Source: an uncultured virus (IMG/VR IMGVR_UViG_3300033121_001601) (Duplodnaviria > Heunggongvirae > Uroviricota > Caudoviricetes). From it: a stretch of DNA of 58,849 nt. Positions 1 through 9,647 of this stretch are shown here, piece by piece (within the stretch, counting starts at the first letter, position 1; each line of letters opens with the position of its first letter). The DNA is taken from IMG/VR virus record IMGVR_UViG_3300033121_001601, positions 62,001 to 120,849 of that record. One strand, given 5' to 3'. The position numbers were made by a program, and so were the translations under genes. Below the pieces are notes generated by a model. It was given only the letters and a program-made list of their open reading frames with translations. It was not told the DNA's origin and did not search any database.

Positions 1-663
1 TCCTTGCAAAAGCGCAACTCTGTCTTGAATTGAGGCTGTCAGGTACTCGACTGGGATGAATTTTGTGTACGAATTGGCCCCAGCAAGCCCGAGAGATTCT
101 ATTCCAGCTCGAACAATATTGGGAACCCTTTTCTTTCGTCCAATGTTGTCTGACATCCCGAAATACCAAGTTAAGCCCGACTTGTGGCGTAACGTTGCTC
201 CGCTCGGGAGGGAACGCTGAACCCTCTCTACAATTTCACTATCAGCAGAAGACAATTCAGTAGCATATCGCTGGGTTACACATCCATCACCAAGAATGGC
301 GCCAAGGACATAAGGATCAATTGGAAGTTTGTGAACTGTCTGATACTCCACTGGTTTCACGTATTGCACAAAATGGTGCAGGTGTTCCTTTCCCGTAAGG
401 AGATCAACTTCAATTTCCTTGGTTGACCGGGTTTTGGGAATTTCTTCGTGTGGCTTGTATGTGTTCCACGGATGGTCCTCGCAGCACTCAACTTCAGCTC
501 CATCCTCAAAGATAAGCTTCAAAACCTCCTTTTGCCCTTTCGGAAAGACCTCCAGAACAGACGTTGGCTTACCATCCCGAGCAATCACCTGATTACCCTT
601 CTGGATTGCTCCCATTGTGGTCCACCCCGTCGGCGTTAATACCTTGGAGTAAAGTGGTTGAGG
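1..663 (-). mobile_element. Intein with LAGLIDADG-type endonuclease inserted in PhoH after GFLPG (partial)
   Basis: Block A-like PQPLYSKVLTPTGWTTMG, block B-like VECCEDHPW, endonuclease motif IDPYVLGAILGDGC, then KFIPVEYLTASIQDRVALLQG at the window edge. Confidence 0.88.
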
Positions 664-1578
664 TCCCGGAAGAAATCCAATGTCTTTGCCCAAGGGCTGA
701 ATTGGACGGCACACGATGAGGCTCTTGTACCGCTTCTGGTCAATTACCTGATGGAGGCCAGCTGCAATGGCCAAGAGAGTCTTGCCGGTACCAGCAGAAC
801 CAACAATGGTCGCCAGGGAGATAGAAGGATCCATCAGAAGGTCGATGGCAAATTTCTGCTCCTTGTTTCTTCCTTCGATCTTTGAAGGTGCAAACTCGGT
901 GATTCCTTTGACCTTGCCACCCTTGTATCGCATGATGGCTGAAGACTCAGCTCCCTCCCTCTTTACAAGCAAGAACTGATTCTCGTAAAGGGTACTCTTA
1001 ACTTCTTCTGGAAGCTCTAAAACTCCTTCTCGATAAAACCTCTCTAGGTCATAGTCTCCAACCAAAGTAGTCTCGCCTGTGTACAAGCCAGAAATAGACT
1101 CAGCCACATGTAGCTTTTTATAGTCATCAGCTAGAATGCCCAAAGCATGAGCCTTGAGTCGAAGTAAGATGTCCCTGGACACCAAGACCATCTCTGCGTC
1201 CGGGTTCTTTCGCTTGAAAGCCATACAGACCGCAAGAATCTGGTTGTCTCCAGATTTGCCTTCCAACTCCGATGGGATCAGTTCCTTCAGGTCTGAAAAT
1301 CCAAGGGAGTTGAACGACAGAATCCGAAGCGACCCCTGACCTTCTCCAAGCGGAATAGGTTCATCAAATGCCTTGTGATCTTTTGTTATTTCCGTTAGCT
1401 TCCGAGAGGTCTCTCGGGCATGCCTACCCACTTCATCCTGACGGTCTTTGTGTCTGTCCAACTCCTCCAGGACAATCATAGGCAGAACCACGTCGTGCTC
1501 CTTGAAGGAGAACATGGCATTCGAGTCAGAGAGAAGAACGTTGGTGTCGAGGACAAAAGTTTTCTTGTTGTTGTTCAT
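1..1578 (-). CDS. phoH: PIN-PhoH family ATPase (YlaK-like), intein-containing, runs off the window edge
   Basis: Not in the ORF track; translated by hand from ATG 1578: MNNNKKTFVLDTNVLL (PIN), IVLEELDRHKD, Walker A GSAGTGKTLLA, CRPIQPLGKDIGFLPG. The segments checked are in frame down to position 1. Confidence 0.92.
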   Translation of the reverse strand, partial: MNNNKKTFVLDTNVLLSDSNAMFSFKEHDVVLPMIVLEELDRHKDRQDEVGRHARETSRKLTEITKDHKAFDEPIPLGEGQGSLRILSFNSLGFSDLKELIPSELEGKSGDNQILAVCMAFKRKNPDAEMVLVSRDILLRLKAHALGILADDYKKLHVAESISGLYTGETTLVGDYDLERFYREGVLELPEEVKSTLYENQFLLVKREGAESSAIMRYKGGKVKGITEFAPSKIEGRNKEQKFAIDLLMDPSISLATIVGSAGTGKTLLAIAAGLHQVIDQKRYKSLIVCRPIQPLGKDIGFLPGPQPLYSKVLTPTGWTTMGAIQKGNQVIARDGKPTSVLEVFPKGQKEVLKLIFEDGAEVECCEDHPWNTYKPHEEIPKTRSTKEIEVDLLTGKEHLHHFVQYVKPVEYQTVHKLPIDPYVLGAILGDGCVTQRYATELSSADSEIVERVQRSLPSGATLRHKSGLTWYFGMSDNIGRKKRVPNIVRAGIESLGLAGANSYTKFIPVEYLTASIQDRVALLQG

Positions 1579-1650
1579 CGCATGTTATTTCTAAGCTGTG
1601 GCACTTGCAAGAACATTGGATTATACGTGAATGCCTTTTTTGCATCTAAC

Positions 1651-1995
1651 TTACAAGACGTTCTTTGAACCCTTCACTTGCTTCCCAGCAGCCTTCGTTG
1701 GGACAGTCTTCGGAGTCTCAACAACAGGAGGCGCAGCTGCCGGCTCTTCTGTTTCCTTAGCCACAGAAGACTCTACCGCCTGAGATTCGGAAACTGAATC
1801 AGAAGCTTTTTCTTCAGCAATAATGACTGGTTCCGGAGTTTTTTCAGGCTCAGAAATGGCAACGACGGCAGGTGCTTGAGGTTGTACTTTCGGAGTGAAA
1901 GGAACAGCCAGCATGCCGTCGTAGCCAAGTGTGCGATGCGGGACGGATGGGTCCAATCCCTTTGAGATTGCGTCAGCAGCGATATGCAGCTTCAT
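1651..1995 (-). CDS. Hypothetical protein, low-complexity Pro/Ala/Glu/Lys-rich C-terminus
   Basis: ORF track; start trimmed to MKLHIAA just downstream of a TACTTA motif. Confidence 0.6.
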   Translation of the reverse strand: MKLHIAADAISKGLDPSVPHRTLGYDGMLAVPFTPKVQPQAPAVVAISEPEKTPEPVIIAEEKASDSVSESQAVESSVAKETEEPAAAPPVVETPKTVPTKAAGKQVKGSKNVL

Positions 1996-2021
1996 ACCCA
2001 TAAGTATGAGCTGAAACAAAA

Positions 2022-2300
2022 TTACCCTGCTGGGGTTTCGGCCTTAGGTGCCTTCTTGGACTTGGTGGCATTCTTGGTCTTGCGAGTCTCTACCGTTCCC
2101 TTGTCAGAAACCAAGGTCTCCTTCAGAATCAGGAAGGCCTGCTTCCGAAGCGAACGAAGTCCCTTGCGGACTCGAACTCCGGCTGAAACGTTGTGTTTGA
2201 GAGCATTTTTCTCAAGATCCTTTTGTAGCTCAGCTACATTTTGACAAAGCTCAGTCCACAGCGCCAATACCTTTGAATCACTTGTCGTTCCGTCACTCAT
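2022..2300 (-). CDS. Histone H1-like / Hc1-type basic DNA-binding protein
   Basis: HNVSAGVRVRKGLRSLRKQA resembles the Hc1 core (GNxAAGxRxRKxxxxL), with a Lys/Ala-rich tail. Confidence 0.6.
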   Translation of the reverse strand: MSDGTTSDSKVLALWTELCQNVAELQKDLEKNALKHNVSAGVRVRKGLRSLRKQAFLILKETLVSDKGTVETRKTKNATKSKKAPKAETPAG

Positions 2301-2390
2301 TGAGTTTACTCCTATATGCGATACGAGAACTTTGTACCGTATCAAGTAGTCTATTTTGGTTTTGGCAGGATTGTATCGGCAAATCGGAGA

Positions 2391-2927
2391 TTATCTGTGG
2401 CTAATGGCTTCCCAGATAGCTTTTCCGATAGCGGCAAAGGCCCCGCCAACGATAAGCCAGACAGCTTTGCCCAACCAGTCACTCCAGGCGGACTTGACCT
2501 TGATGACCGATTCCAGCTTTTCCAGGTCATCCCCAGCGATCTTCTTGAGCTTGGAGGTAGTTTCCACCTTCTTGCTCAAGTCATCGTCAGTTGAACTTAA
2601 CTTTTTCAGAGAGTCGTTGAACTCCTTCATGTTTTTCTCATCGGCTGCAAGGTGTGCAGTATGAGACTTGACCATTTGCTTTATGTCCGTTTCAACCAAT
2701 TTCACACGGGCATACAAGCCATCGTCTGGATTATAGAGTCCATCATGGATCTTATCAACCTTTTCGCTTGTTTCCTGCTGCTTTTCTTGGATGTGTTCAA
2801 CGATAACCATCATCTTGTCGAACCCACCATTCAAAACAGGAGAAGTGTTGATTTTCTGTGCAATGCTTTCAACCATAAGCTGAAGCTGTTTATTGTCAGA
2901 TTTAGTGTCAGACATGGACTCCCCCAC
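2391..2927 (-). CDS. Coiled-coil protein with C-terminal transmembrane helix
   Basis: 178-aa ORF with hydrophobic AVWLIVGGAFAAIG near the C-terminus. Confidence 0.6.
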   Translation of the reverse strand: MGESMSDTKSDNKQLQLMVESIAQKINTSPVLNGGFDKMMVIVEHIQEKQQETSEKVDKIHDGLYNPDDGLYARVKLVETDIKQMVKSHTAHLAADEKNMKEFNDSLKKLSSTDDDLSKKVETTSKLKKIAGDDLEKLESVIKVKSAWSDWLGKAVWLIVGGAFAAIGKAIWEAISHR

Positions 2928-3020
2928 CTAAGGATTTCCGATACGACCTAAGGCCAACCGGCTTCCAATAAGTATGAAATCGCCGAGCCATTTTAACGAG
3001 TTTGAAGAATACAATGAGTC

Positions 3021-4415
3021 ATGGCCTACAGTTCCTTCCGTGAAAAATCCGTCTTTTTGGCCGAAATGCAACAAGCCAATGAGAAAATGAAGACCTTGCT
3101 CGGACGAATCAAGGTTGCTCTGAGTGAACAGGGGTATCCCCTTCGGAAAGACACCTACCACTTTCTTACTCGGGTCCTGGAGCCGTCCAACCGAGCAGAG
3201 CGGACCCTGTTCATGCTTTTGTTCCAGTCGGCCTACAGAAGCGAACTGCTATCTGCTGGGAGCTCCTACCTTGCCGTTCGGTTTGCTAACGAATTCATCC
3301 AAGAATTGGTGAAACATCCGGAGCTTATCTCCAGGAATGAAGTTGAACTGATGACCGAGTATGAGGAGCTCGTTGCCGACCTAAACCGCCAGATTACCTC
3401 AATTTCTTTGCCGGTGACGGAAGAGTGGATGCAGCAAGAGATCGAACGCATCTGTGAGGATCCCATTTTGGCCGAAGCTGTTTGGCAAGCCATCTCTGTT
3501 TCGGGCCTTGAAGGCAAGATCCATGTGGAAGATGGCACACTCCCCAACTACGTGGTGGAACAAAAGTCAGGATATTACTTCAGTGTCCTGAAACCATTCA
3601 AGTTCATGCTGCCAAAAAACGGCTGCTGGGAAGCTCAGAACGTCAAGGTCATGCTGGTTGATGGCATCCTGGAACGGGTAAGCGAACTGGACAAGATCCT
3701 GAACGGAGCCATGCAGACCAAGATTCCGACTTTGCTGGTAGCTCATGGGTTTTCCGAGGAAGTGGTTGCTACGATCAAAGCCAACGTAGACTACGGCAAA
3801 TTTAACATCATGCCCGTCAGGCTTACCTCCGACCTGGAGTCCCTGAACGTTTTGAACGATATTGCCGTGGTCTGTGGAGCTGATGTGGTTTCTACCCTAA
3901 AGGGACAGATGGTGGTATTTACCGAGTTCGACTCACTTCCCATCGTTGAGAGAATTCGACTCACTTCCCAAGAGCTGACTATCGAAAATGCCAAAACAAG
4001 GAGGGCCGTTTCTAACCACCTCCGAATGCTCCTGGAGAAAAGGCAAAATCAATCGGAGATATCGGATATCTCCGATCTGATTGACCGTAGAATCCAAGGG
4101 CTCATCTCGGCCGCTGTTACCCTTCGGCTTCCCAACATGCCCGCTTCCAAAAGGGATAATGCCAAGGTCAAGATCGACGTTGCCCTTCGAAGCGCAAAGA
4201 CCCTCCTGAATCTCGGAAAGGCAAACCTTCAGGATGTCAAAGGTTCCCCAGCACCCCATGGGAGCCTCCAGGGAGCCTTCTGGAAGGCTTTGAAGGAGGT
4301 GCAAAGGGAGATTAACACCATGCCCACTCTGAGCGCCTATACCGGTATTTACTTCGCCGGAAAGACCATCCTATCCATGATGACAACAGGGGGGTTGGTG
4401 GAAATTGTTACTTAG
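3021..4415 (+). CDS. Divergent GroEL/Cpn60-like chaperonin
   Basis: Intermediate/apical-domain-like segments GLEGKIHVEDG, VMLVDGILERVSELDKIL, PTLLVAHGFSEEVVATIKAN, LNDIAVVCGADVVS; no GDGTTT motif. Confidence 0.75.
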   Translation: MAYSSFREKSVFLAEMQQANEKMKTLLGRIKVALSEQGYPLRKDTYHFLTRVLEPSNRAERTLFMLLFQSAYRSELLSAGSSYLAVRFANEFIQELVKHPELISRNEVELMTEYEELVADLNRQITSISLPVTEEWMQQEIERICEDPILAEAVWQAISVSGLEGKIHVEDGTLPNYVVEQKSGYYFSVLKPFKFMLPKNGCWEAQNVKVMLVDGILERVSELDKILNGAMQTKIPTLLVAHGFSEEVVATIKANVDYGKFNIMPVRLTSDLESLNVLNDIAVVCGADVVSTLKGQMVVFTEFDSLPIVERIRLTSQELTIENAKTRRAVSNHLRMLLEKRQNQSEISDISDLIDRRIQGLISAAVTLRLPNMPASKRDNAKVKIDVALRSAKTLLNLGKANLQDVKGSPAPHGSLQGAFWKALKEVQREINTMPTLSAYTGIYFAGKTILSMMTTGGLVEIVT

Positions 4416-5272
4416 GTTTTTAGAGCTGTGGTAATTCCCTGAATCAACTTGGTCAATAGCTCATCTGGAATATTGTCTCCCATGTAAGGTTTTAGATTGG
4501 CAACAAGTGAGTTGTGGATCTTTTGGCCCAAACCGCCACCAGGAGCGGTAGCAGCACCTCCCGAGGCTGCTTGAGTCTGCCCCTGAGTTGATGCAGGAGT
4601 ACCAGCCCGACCGGAAGCTGGTGCTTCTCCGGATGCTTGAGCAGCCATCTGATCAATCTGCGCTTGTGGCAGAACAGCCGGAATCTTGCCGACCTTGGTC
4701 AGCTTGTCCAGCTGATTCCAGGTGAGCTGAGTGAGTTCCTGGGCTGCCTGAGCATTGTTGATATAGGGGATGTCCGAGCTAGAGAACAGCCGCTTCAGGA
4801 ACCCGCCCTGCTTGTTGATGGCAAGGGCCTGCTGGAAAGCCGGTGCCATGTTGGCTCCAACAGGTTGATCCGGGTTGTTCTTGGCATTGGACATCATCCG
4901 AGATTTGAGCAGAACAGGGAGATCTTGTCGCAAGAATTCCGAAAGACCCTGGAAGAAACCCATGGCTTTCCCAAGCATCGCACTGGTTTTCTTGGGATCG
5001 TTGCCGGCCTTGCCGGAAATGAGATTGGTCAGCTCAGCTTCAGCAGCATCCAGACCAGCTTTAATGCTGTTCAAAGGAGGAATGAACTCACCGAGGGCTG
5101 ATTCCACTCCAGTCATGGCATCCACAATCTGGGAAATAGTAGCGGTATCCAATTTTTCAGCGATCAAGTAGTGGGCTTCAAGGAGCTGCTTGGCCTCATA
5201 GTAAGCAACAGCTTGTTCCTGGGCCTTTTTCTTGGCATATTCTTCCTTGAGTGTCAAACTCTTCTCGGTCAT
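4412..5272 (-). CDS. Hypothetical protein, possible virion/internal head protein
   Basis: 286-aa ORF with Glu-rich N-terminus and Ala/Gly-rich linker; TATTTA motif upstream. Confidence 0.6.
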   Translation of the reverse strand: MTEKSLTLKEEYAKKKAQEQAVAYYEAKQLLEAHYLIAEKLDTATISQIVDAMTGVESALGEFIPPLNSIKAGLDAAEAELTNLISGKAGNDPKKTSAMLGKAMGFFQGLSEFLRQDLPVLLKSRMMSNAKNNPDQPVGANMAPAFQQALAINKQGGFLKRLFSSSDIPYINNAQAAQELTQLTWNQLDKLTKVGKIPAVLPQAQIDQMAAQASGEAPASGRAGTPASTQGQTQAASGGAATAPGGGLGQKIHNSLVANLKPYMGDNIPDELLTKLIQGITTALKT

Positions 5273-5331
5273 GGTGCATTCCTGCCTGGGTTTGTGTTAC
5301 TATGATAAATAGGTCTAGGAAGGGGAACTGT

Positions 5332-6033
5332 ATGGAAATCAAGGTCCGGCCAGCTCTTACGGTCGAAGAGTTGGAAAAACTCAAGCAAGAACGTGAGGCT
5401 GTGGACAACGCGGCCAAGAAAAAGGAAATGTCTCGAATTCTCAGAGGCAACCTTCAAGCTAAAGGTGACGCAGCGAAAACCAAGATCGACCGATTTCATC
5501 TTCCTGTCCTGCATATAAACGACCCTACTCAGTGGGCTTCTCAACCTAATCAGAACCGGCCCAGGTTTACAGATGAGGCTGCCTACAAAACCTGCCTTGG
5601 AAATTGTTGTGGAATAGAAGGCCTAAAGGCAGGTTGCTGTCAGATAGATCCTGATGACATGGAACGCGTCCTGGGTCCTCTTGACGAAGAGTGGATTGAG
5701 AATATTGTTGTTTGGTTGCGGCGGAAAGGAATTGCTGCTTCCAGAGCTGACATAGTAATCGACTGGGAAGAGGGTAAAATCATCGGCGAGAGGTTCTTCA
5801 ACGGAGAGAGAAAAGCCGTCTTCCTGGCCAAAGAAAGCTACCCCATTTTGCGTTTCCAAGTCTTTGGGCCAAGATTTGCTTGCAAATTTCTGAATCCAAC
5901 GAATGGGAAATGCACTATCTATGAAAAGAGGCCCAGTATGTGCCAAGGCTATCTCTGTCAGTACGTGAAGGCCAATTTTTTAATCCGAACTGACCCCGTG
6001 AACCACCCAAATACGTACACCAAATTTCGATGA
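5332..6033 (+). CDS. YkgJ-like Cys-cluster (Zn/Fe-chelating) protein
   Basis: CLGNCC...GCC and CKFL...GKCTIYEKRPSMCQGYLC; SD AGGAAGGGG before ATG 5332. Confidence 0.75.
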   Translation: MEIKVRPALTVEELEKLKQEREAVDNAAKKKEMSRILRGNLQAKGDAAKTKIDRFHLPVLHINDPTQWASQPNQNRPRFTDEAAYKTCLGNCCGIEGLKAGCCQIDPDDMERVLGPLDEEWIENIVVWLRRKGIAASRADIVIDWEEGKIIGERFFNGERKAVFLAKESYPILRFQVFGPRFACKFLNPTNGKCTIYEKRPSMCQGYLCQYVKANFLIRTDPVNHPNTYTKFR

Positions 6034-6062
6034 GGTTGGAATAGAAAGAGCTGAGGAATGTC

Positions 6063-6587
6063 ATGAACGAGAAGGCAGAAGAAATCCCCGTGTTATGGAA
6101 GAGCGCCGACGGCAAGCGTTTTGCCCAGGAGCATGTCTTCAACTGGGTTGCCTCCACGAAACTAGACCGTGAGAACGACTACCAGGTCATCGTGGGCACG
6201 GACTCACACAGGCACAGTGATCAGTTCAGGTTTATTACTGTGATTTGCGTATACCGGGTGGGCAAGGGAGGCAATTACTACTACCTGGAGAACTACGAGC
6301 CTCGGGAAAACTACGTCCAGGCAACACGTGGCAAGCGGGTGAAGGGCAACCAGAAGCTCCGAATGTTCAACGAAGTTGTTCGGTCTGTTGAAATGGCCAC
6401 TAACCTGTTTGATACAACAGGAGTGCTTCCGGTAGTCCACATCGACGCTTCTCCTTCTCACCGGAAGGAATTTACATCAGAATTTAGTGATCAGCTCAAA
6501 GGTTACGTTGCCTCTAATGGATTTGAGTGCGTCCTGAAGCCAAATTCATTTGTAGCTAATGCTATAGCTGATAAGCACAGCAAATAG
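6063..6587 (+). CDS. RNase H-like YkuK/DUF458 family protein
   Basis: YQVIVGTDSH, FITVICVYRVGKGG, RMFNEV, VHID, KPNSFVANAIADKH. Confidence 0.85.
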   Translation: MNEKAEEIPVLWKSADGKRFAQEHVFNWVASTKLDRENDYQVIVGTDSHRHSDQFRFITVICVYRVGKGGNYYYLENYEPRENYVQATRGKRVKGNQKLRMFNEVVRSVEMATNLFDTTGVLPVVHIDASPSHRKEFTSEFSDQLKGYVASNGFECVLKPNSFVANAIADKHSK

Positions 6588-6669
6588 CTGCGCAACCGAG
6601 CAATTCCATCAATCCAATCCCAGGGTCATATAGACACAATCGAAGAACCTGAAAGAAGGAATTCTTCGA

Positions 6670-6975
6670 ATGTCAACAGATATTGATCGTACTAAGCTTG
6701 AAACTGCTATTGAGCGTGAGGTCTACAAGTTTGTGTGTCAACTCAAAGAACACATGTACGACCACACGATGATCTACCTGAACCGAACTCAATCTGATGT
6801 TGACCGAACGGTTGCAGACCGGATCCTACAGATTGCCAAGAACGCAGTCGAAGATGGGTTCATGACCAAGGTGGACTTTTTCAAGAAGGCCATTGATGAG
6901 CCTTTGAATCAGTTTACGGAGACCGATTCAAGCCCTTTACCACCTGGAGAGTCAGGGAAGAAAGGGAGAAAGTAA
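6670..6975 (+). CDS. Hypothetical protein
   Basis: 101-aa ORF with AAGGA SD. Confidence 0.65.
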   Translation: MSTDIDRTKLETAIEREVYKFVCQLKEHMYDHTMIYLNRTQSDVDRTVADRILQIAKNAVEDGFMTKVDFFKKAIDEPLNQFTETDSSPLPPGESGKKGRK

Positions 6976-7086
6976 CCAAAGCTCTCAAGACCAAGGAGAC
7001 CATGAAGAAAGCCAGCAAGGTGGCTCTTTCTGGTCTTGTCATGGTTTTGATGCTGGTTGCCTCTCTTGTGTTGGCAAGGAGTTGAT

Positions 7087-7560
7087 ATGGGTGGCGTAGC
7101 TTACATCAAGCACTTAATTGAGTGCAACTGCCTTCTTCCGCAGTTTAAGCACTCGGACCCTCCGAAGTGGCATCACTTCGTGGCTTTCTCGGAAATTGAT
7201 GATAAAGGGGATGTTATCCCTTCTTTTGTGCAGTGCAACAACTGCGGGATTATCCACAAGGTAATAGAGGCTTGTGTTTCTTCAACCCTAAAGAGGGACA
7301 ACCTCCCAAGTCTGGTGACCAGGGAAGAGCTATTAGATGCTCTCCCAGAAAAACTCCGGAAAGATCTGGACAAGTACAAATCAGACCTTCCGACTATCCA
7401 GGAAATCACCTGGATTCGTGAGCACCAAGCCTGGGGACGTTCTGTTGTCCTTGCTAAGGACGAAGTGGATGGGATCCTGGTCGGGAAAGCTCTATTGCTC
7501 TTAGGAGAGACCCTCTGGAAGATACAAAGCTTTCAAGACGGAGGAGATGATAATGAGTGA
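7087..7560 (+). CDS. Hypothetical Zn-ribbon protein
   Basis: ECNCLLP and QCNNCGIIHKV; SD AAGGAG before ATG 7087. Confidence 0.65.
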   Translation: MGGVAYIKHLIECNCLLPQFKHSDPPKWHHFVAFSEIDDKGDVIPSFVQCNNCGIIHKVIEACVSSTLKRDNLPSLVTREELLDALPEKLRKDLDKYKSDLPTIQEITWIREHQAWGRSVVLAKDEVDGILVGKALLLLGETLWKIQSFQDGGDDNE

Positions 7561-7879
7561 GACCAAAGAGAAAGATGCCGAGGGGAATGACGTTCCTTAT
7601 GTTCATCCGAACATTGAAGTGGAGCTTTCAAGAGAAAAAAGACAAGTCTGCAGGGACATTGTTTCTGAAATTAGAAACTTTGGAGTCAACCAACGCCAAA
7701 TCCTCTTTATTGTTCAACTCCTGGCCATGGAGCTGGAAAACGGTGAAGCGATGAGAGCTATCGTCAAAGCCGTTGGAGCTGTCCGAAAGGATATTCCTGC
7801 CGGAAGTAAGCTCATTGTGGCACCCGAGCAGACATCGGTCAAAAAGATGGCGAAGACCGGTCTAGTGGTAAAGCCTTGA
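7547..7879 (+). CDS. Hypothetical protein
   Basis: ORF coupled to upstream gene; GGAGGAG SD. Confidence 0.65.
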   Translation: MIMSETKEKDAEGNDVPYVHPNIEVELSREKRQVCRDIVSEIRNFGVNQRQILFIVQLLAMELENGEAMRAIVKAVGAVRKDIPAGSKLIVAPEQTSVKKMAKTGLVVKP

Positions 7880-8549
7880 TCCCTCTTTGAGCCCTCCAGT
7901 GCATTGCCAGGGTTCGATAGGTGAACCCATCGAGCAAGCCTGTTTTCCACGGCATCAAAGTCTTCGGGTAAGCTTCCTGGAAGGCTTTGCAGGCCAAGAT
8001 ACTCTCCTTGCTCCATACTCCCGCTGGAACCACCCCCAAAACATGTTGGGCAAACAGGATACGTAACCTCTCTGTGAGCCTCTTGTAAAGATTCAAAGCA
8101 ACTTCCTTCTCATCCAGGAATGGCAGCACCCAACTCTTCTCTCCCCGCCAGAATTTTCCATTTTTCGGGAGCCGCAGAGTCATCCAAACCTCAAAGAACT
8201 CCTGAACCGTGGAGAATGCCCAGCAAAATCGGAAACCGTCACGGCACCAAAATGGCACTTCTCCAGGATGGGCCTCTTTCCATACTCTGACCGACTCCTC
8301 CGTCATCGGCACCCTGGCCACTTTACCTCCTTTTTGGTGAAGAAGTAAAATCAAAGCCGTTAGCTCCGTCGTTTGCCTGTCCGTCAATCCAAGACGGTAG
8401 AGAGCTTCGAAGCAGAGCAGTTGAAACGCAAGAGTTTGTTGCAGTGTGGTCATCCCAAACTTCTTGATGCCAAAATCAAGAAGCGCATTTGGCTCCACTC
8501 CCCTGGATGGATTCAGCCACAATGGAATTGGGGCAAATGGACGATGCAT
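7839..8549 (-). CDS. Hypothetical protein
   Basis: 236-aa ORF with no recognised motif. Confidence 0.55.
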   Translation of the reverse strand: MHRPFAPIPLWLNPSRGVEPNALLDFGIKKFGMTTLQQTLAFQLLCFEALYRLGLTDRQTTELTALILLLHQKGGKVARVPMTEESVRVWKEAHPGEVPFWCRDGFRFCWAFSTVQEFFEVWMTLRLPKNGKFWRGEKSWVLPFLDEKEVALNLYKRLTERLRILFAQHVLGVVPAGVWSKESILACKAFQEAYPKTLMPWKTGLLDGFTYRTLAMHWRAQRGIKALPLDRSSPSF

Positions 8550-8657
8550 GGCTTAAACCCCCTGTGTGGGGCCTCAGCCCCTTATCATGACATGTATAAC
8601 ATGCGTGCGTGTGTCAGAGGGTAATTAGCTGTAATCCCAGCCGCAACATCAGAAGGT

Positions 8658-8942
8658 CTACCCCTTTTTGATGCAAATGAGCCGAACCGGCCGCTCGTGT
8701 TCTGGCACCATCCACATCAATTCACCGTAAGGAGAACGCTCTCCATCCCGAGCAATCCTCCAAAGATCCAAGTGCCGCTCGTAGTCAAGTTTCTGACTCC
8801 GAAGAGAACCATCTTCATTGAGGAACTGAATGAAGTGCATGTCCACCTCCAGGTAAAACCCTTCCGGTGTTCTCCGAAAGGTCTTTTGAACTGAGGTTGT
8901 CATCTTGCCAAGAGTGCGAGGAAGTTTGGGCTGTGTGCTCAT
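8658..8942 (-). CDS. Hypothetical protein
   Basis: Start trimmed to MSTQPK, with AGGAGG SD. Confidence 0.55.
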   Translation of the reverse strand: MSTQPKLPRTLGKMTTSVQKTFRRTPEGFYLEVDMHFIQFLNEDGSLRSQKLDYERHLDLWRIARDGERSPYGELMWMVPEHERPVRLICIKKG

Positions 8943-8958
8943 CCTCCTATTTCTGCTC

Positions 8959-9318
8959 CTAAATCCCCAGATTGTCCACTTTTGCTTCCTGAACACTCGT
9001 CCATGGAAACCACAAAGGAGCGGAATCAGCCACAAGCAAAATACGGTAAATCAGGTAACAACCACCTCGCTTCACCATCACTTCATCAGCCCTGAAAGTA
9101 TCCAGGGTAGAAGCATCCATCCACTCCAAAACCATCCCAAATAAGTCCTTTCCTCCATCCTCTGGGGCCACCAATGTCATCAGGTCCAAACTGGCCCATC
9201 CAGAAGGCCAATAAACTTGCTCCGATCTCCGATGCCCCTCAGCCTCCCAACGGTTGCTTATCGTGGTCCAGACAGTCTTCAGCTTCACCAAAGTGCCGAC
9301 GGGGAAAGGATGCTCCAT
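8959..9318 (-). CDS. Hypothetical protein
   Basis: 119-aa ORF (MEHPFPVGTLVKL). Confidence 0.55.
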   Translation of the reverse strand: MEHPFPVGTLVKLKTVWTTISNRWEAEGHRRSEQVYWPSGWASLDLMTLVAPEDGGKDLFGMVLEWMDASTLDTFRADEVMVKRGGCYLIYRILLVADSAPLWFPWTSVQEAKVDNLGI

Positions 9319-9348
9319 TCTCTATCTTTCTTATGTTATACTGGGTCT

Positions 9349-9627
9349 ATGACAGACTCACTTTACTTCAGACCAGGAGCTATTCTCATTCTAAATGCTG
9401 GGATCCCAATGTGGGACCAGATGCCAACCACTTGGGAAAATGCCTGGAAATGGAAGGTCACCAACAAGAAAACCTTCGTTCAACTCTGGGAACAAATCGA
9501 TACACATCCCGTCACCTTTTGGGAAATCCTGAAGGAGGGAGAAGTCTGTTTCTGCTCTGAAGCTTTGTTGAGGCAATACATTGACAAACCAGAGACACAA
9601 CAGACTCTTTCCTCTCACAATACCTAA
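9349..9627 (+). CDS. Hypothetical protein (leaderless start)
   Basis: TGTTATACT extended -10 ends 6 nt before ATG 9349. Confidence 0.55.
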   Translation: MTDSLYFRPGAILILNAGIPMWDQMPTTWENAWKWKVTNKKTFVQLWEQIDTHPVTFWEILKEGEVCFCSEALLRQYIDKPETQQTLSSHNT

Positions 9628-9647
9628 CGAAAGGTCTCTCTACCGTC

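Noticed and set aside
63..1668. Short + strand ORFs at the window start
   Set aside because: Shadows of the minus-strand PhoH/intein frame.
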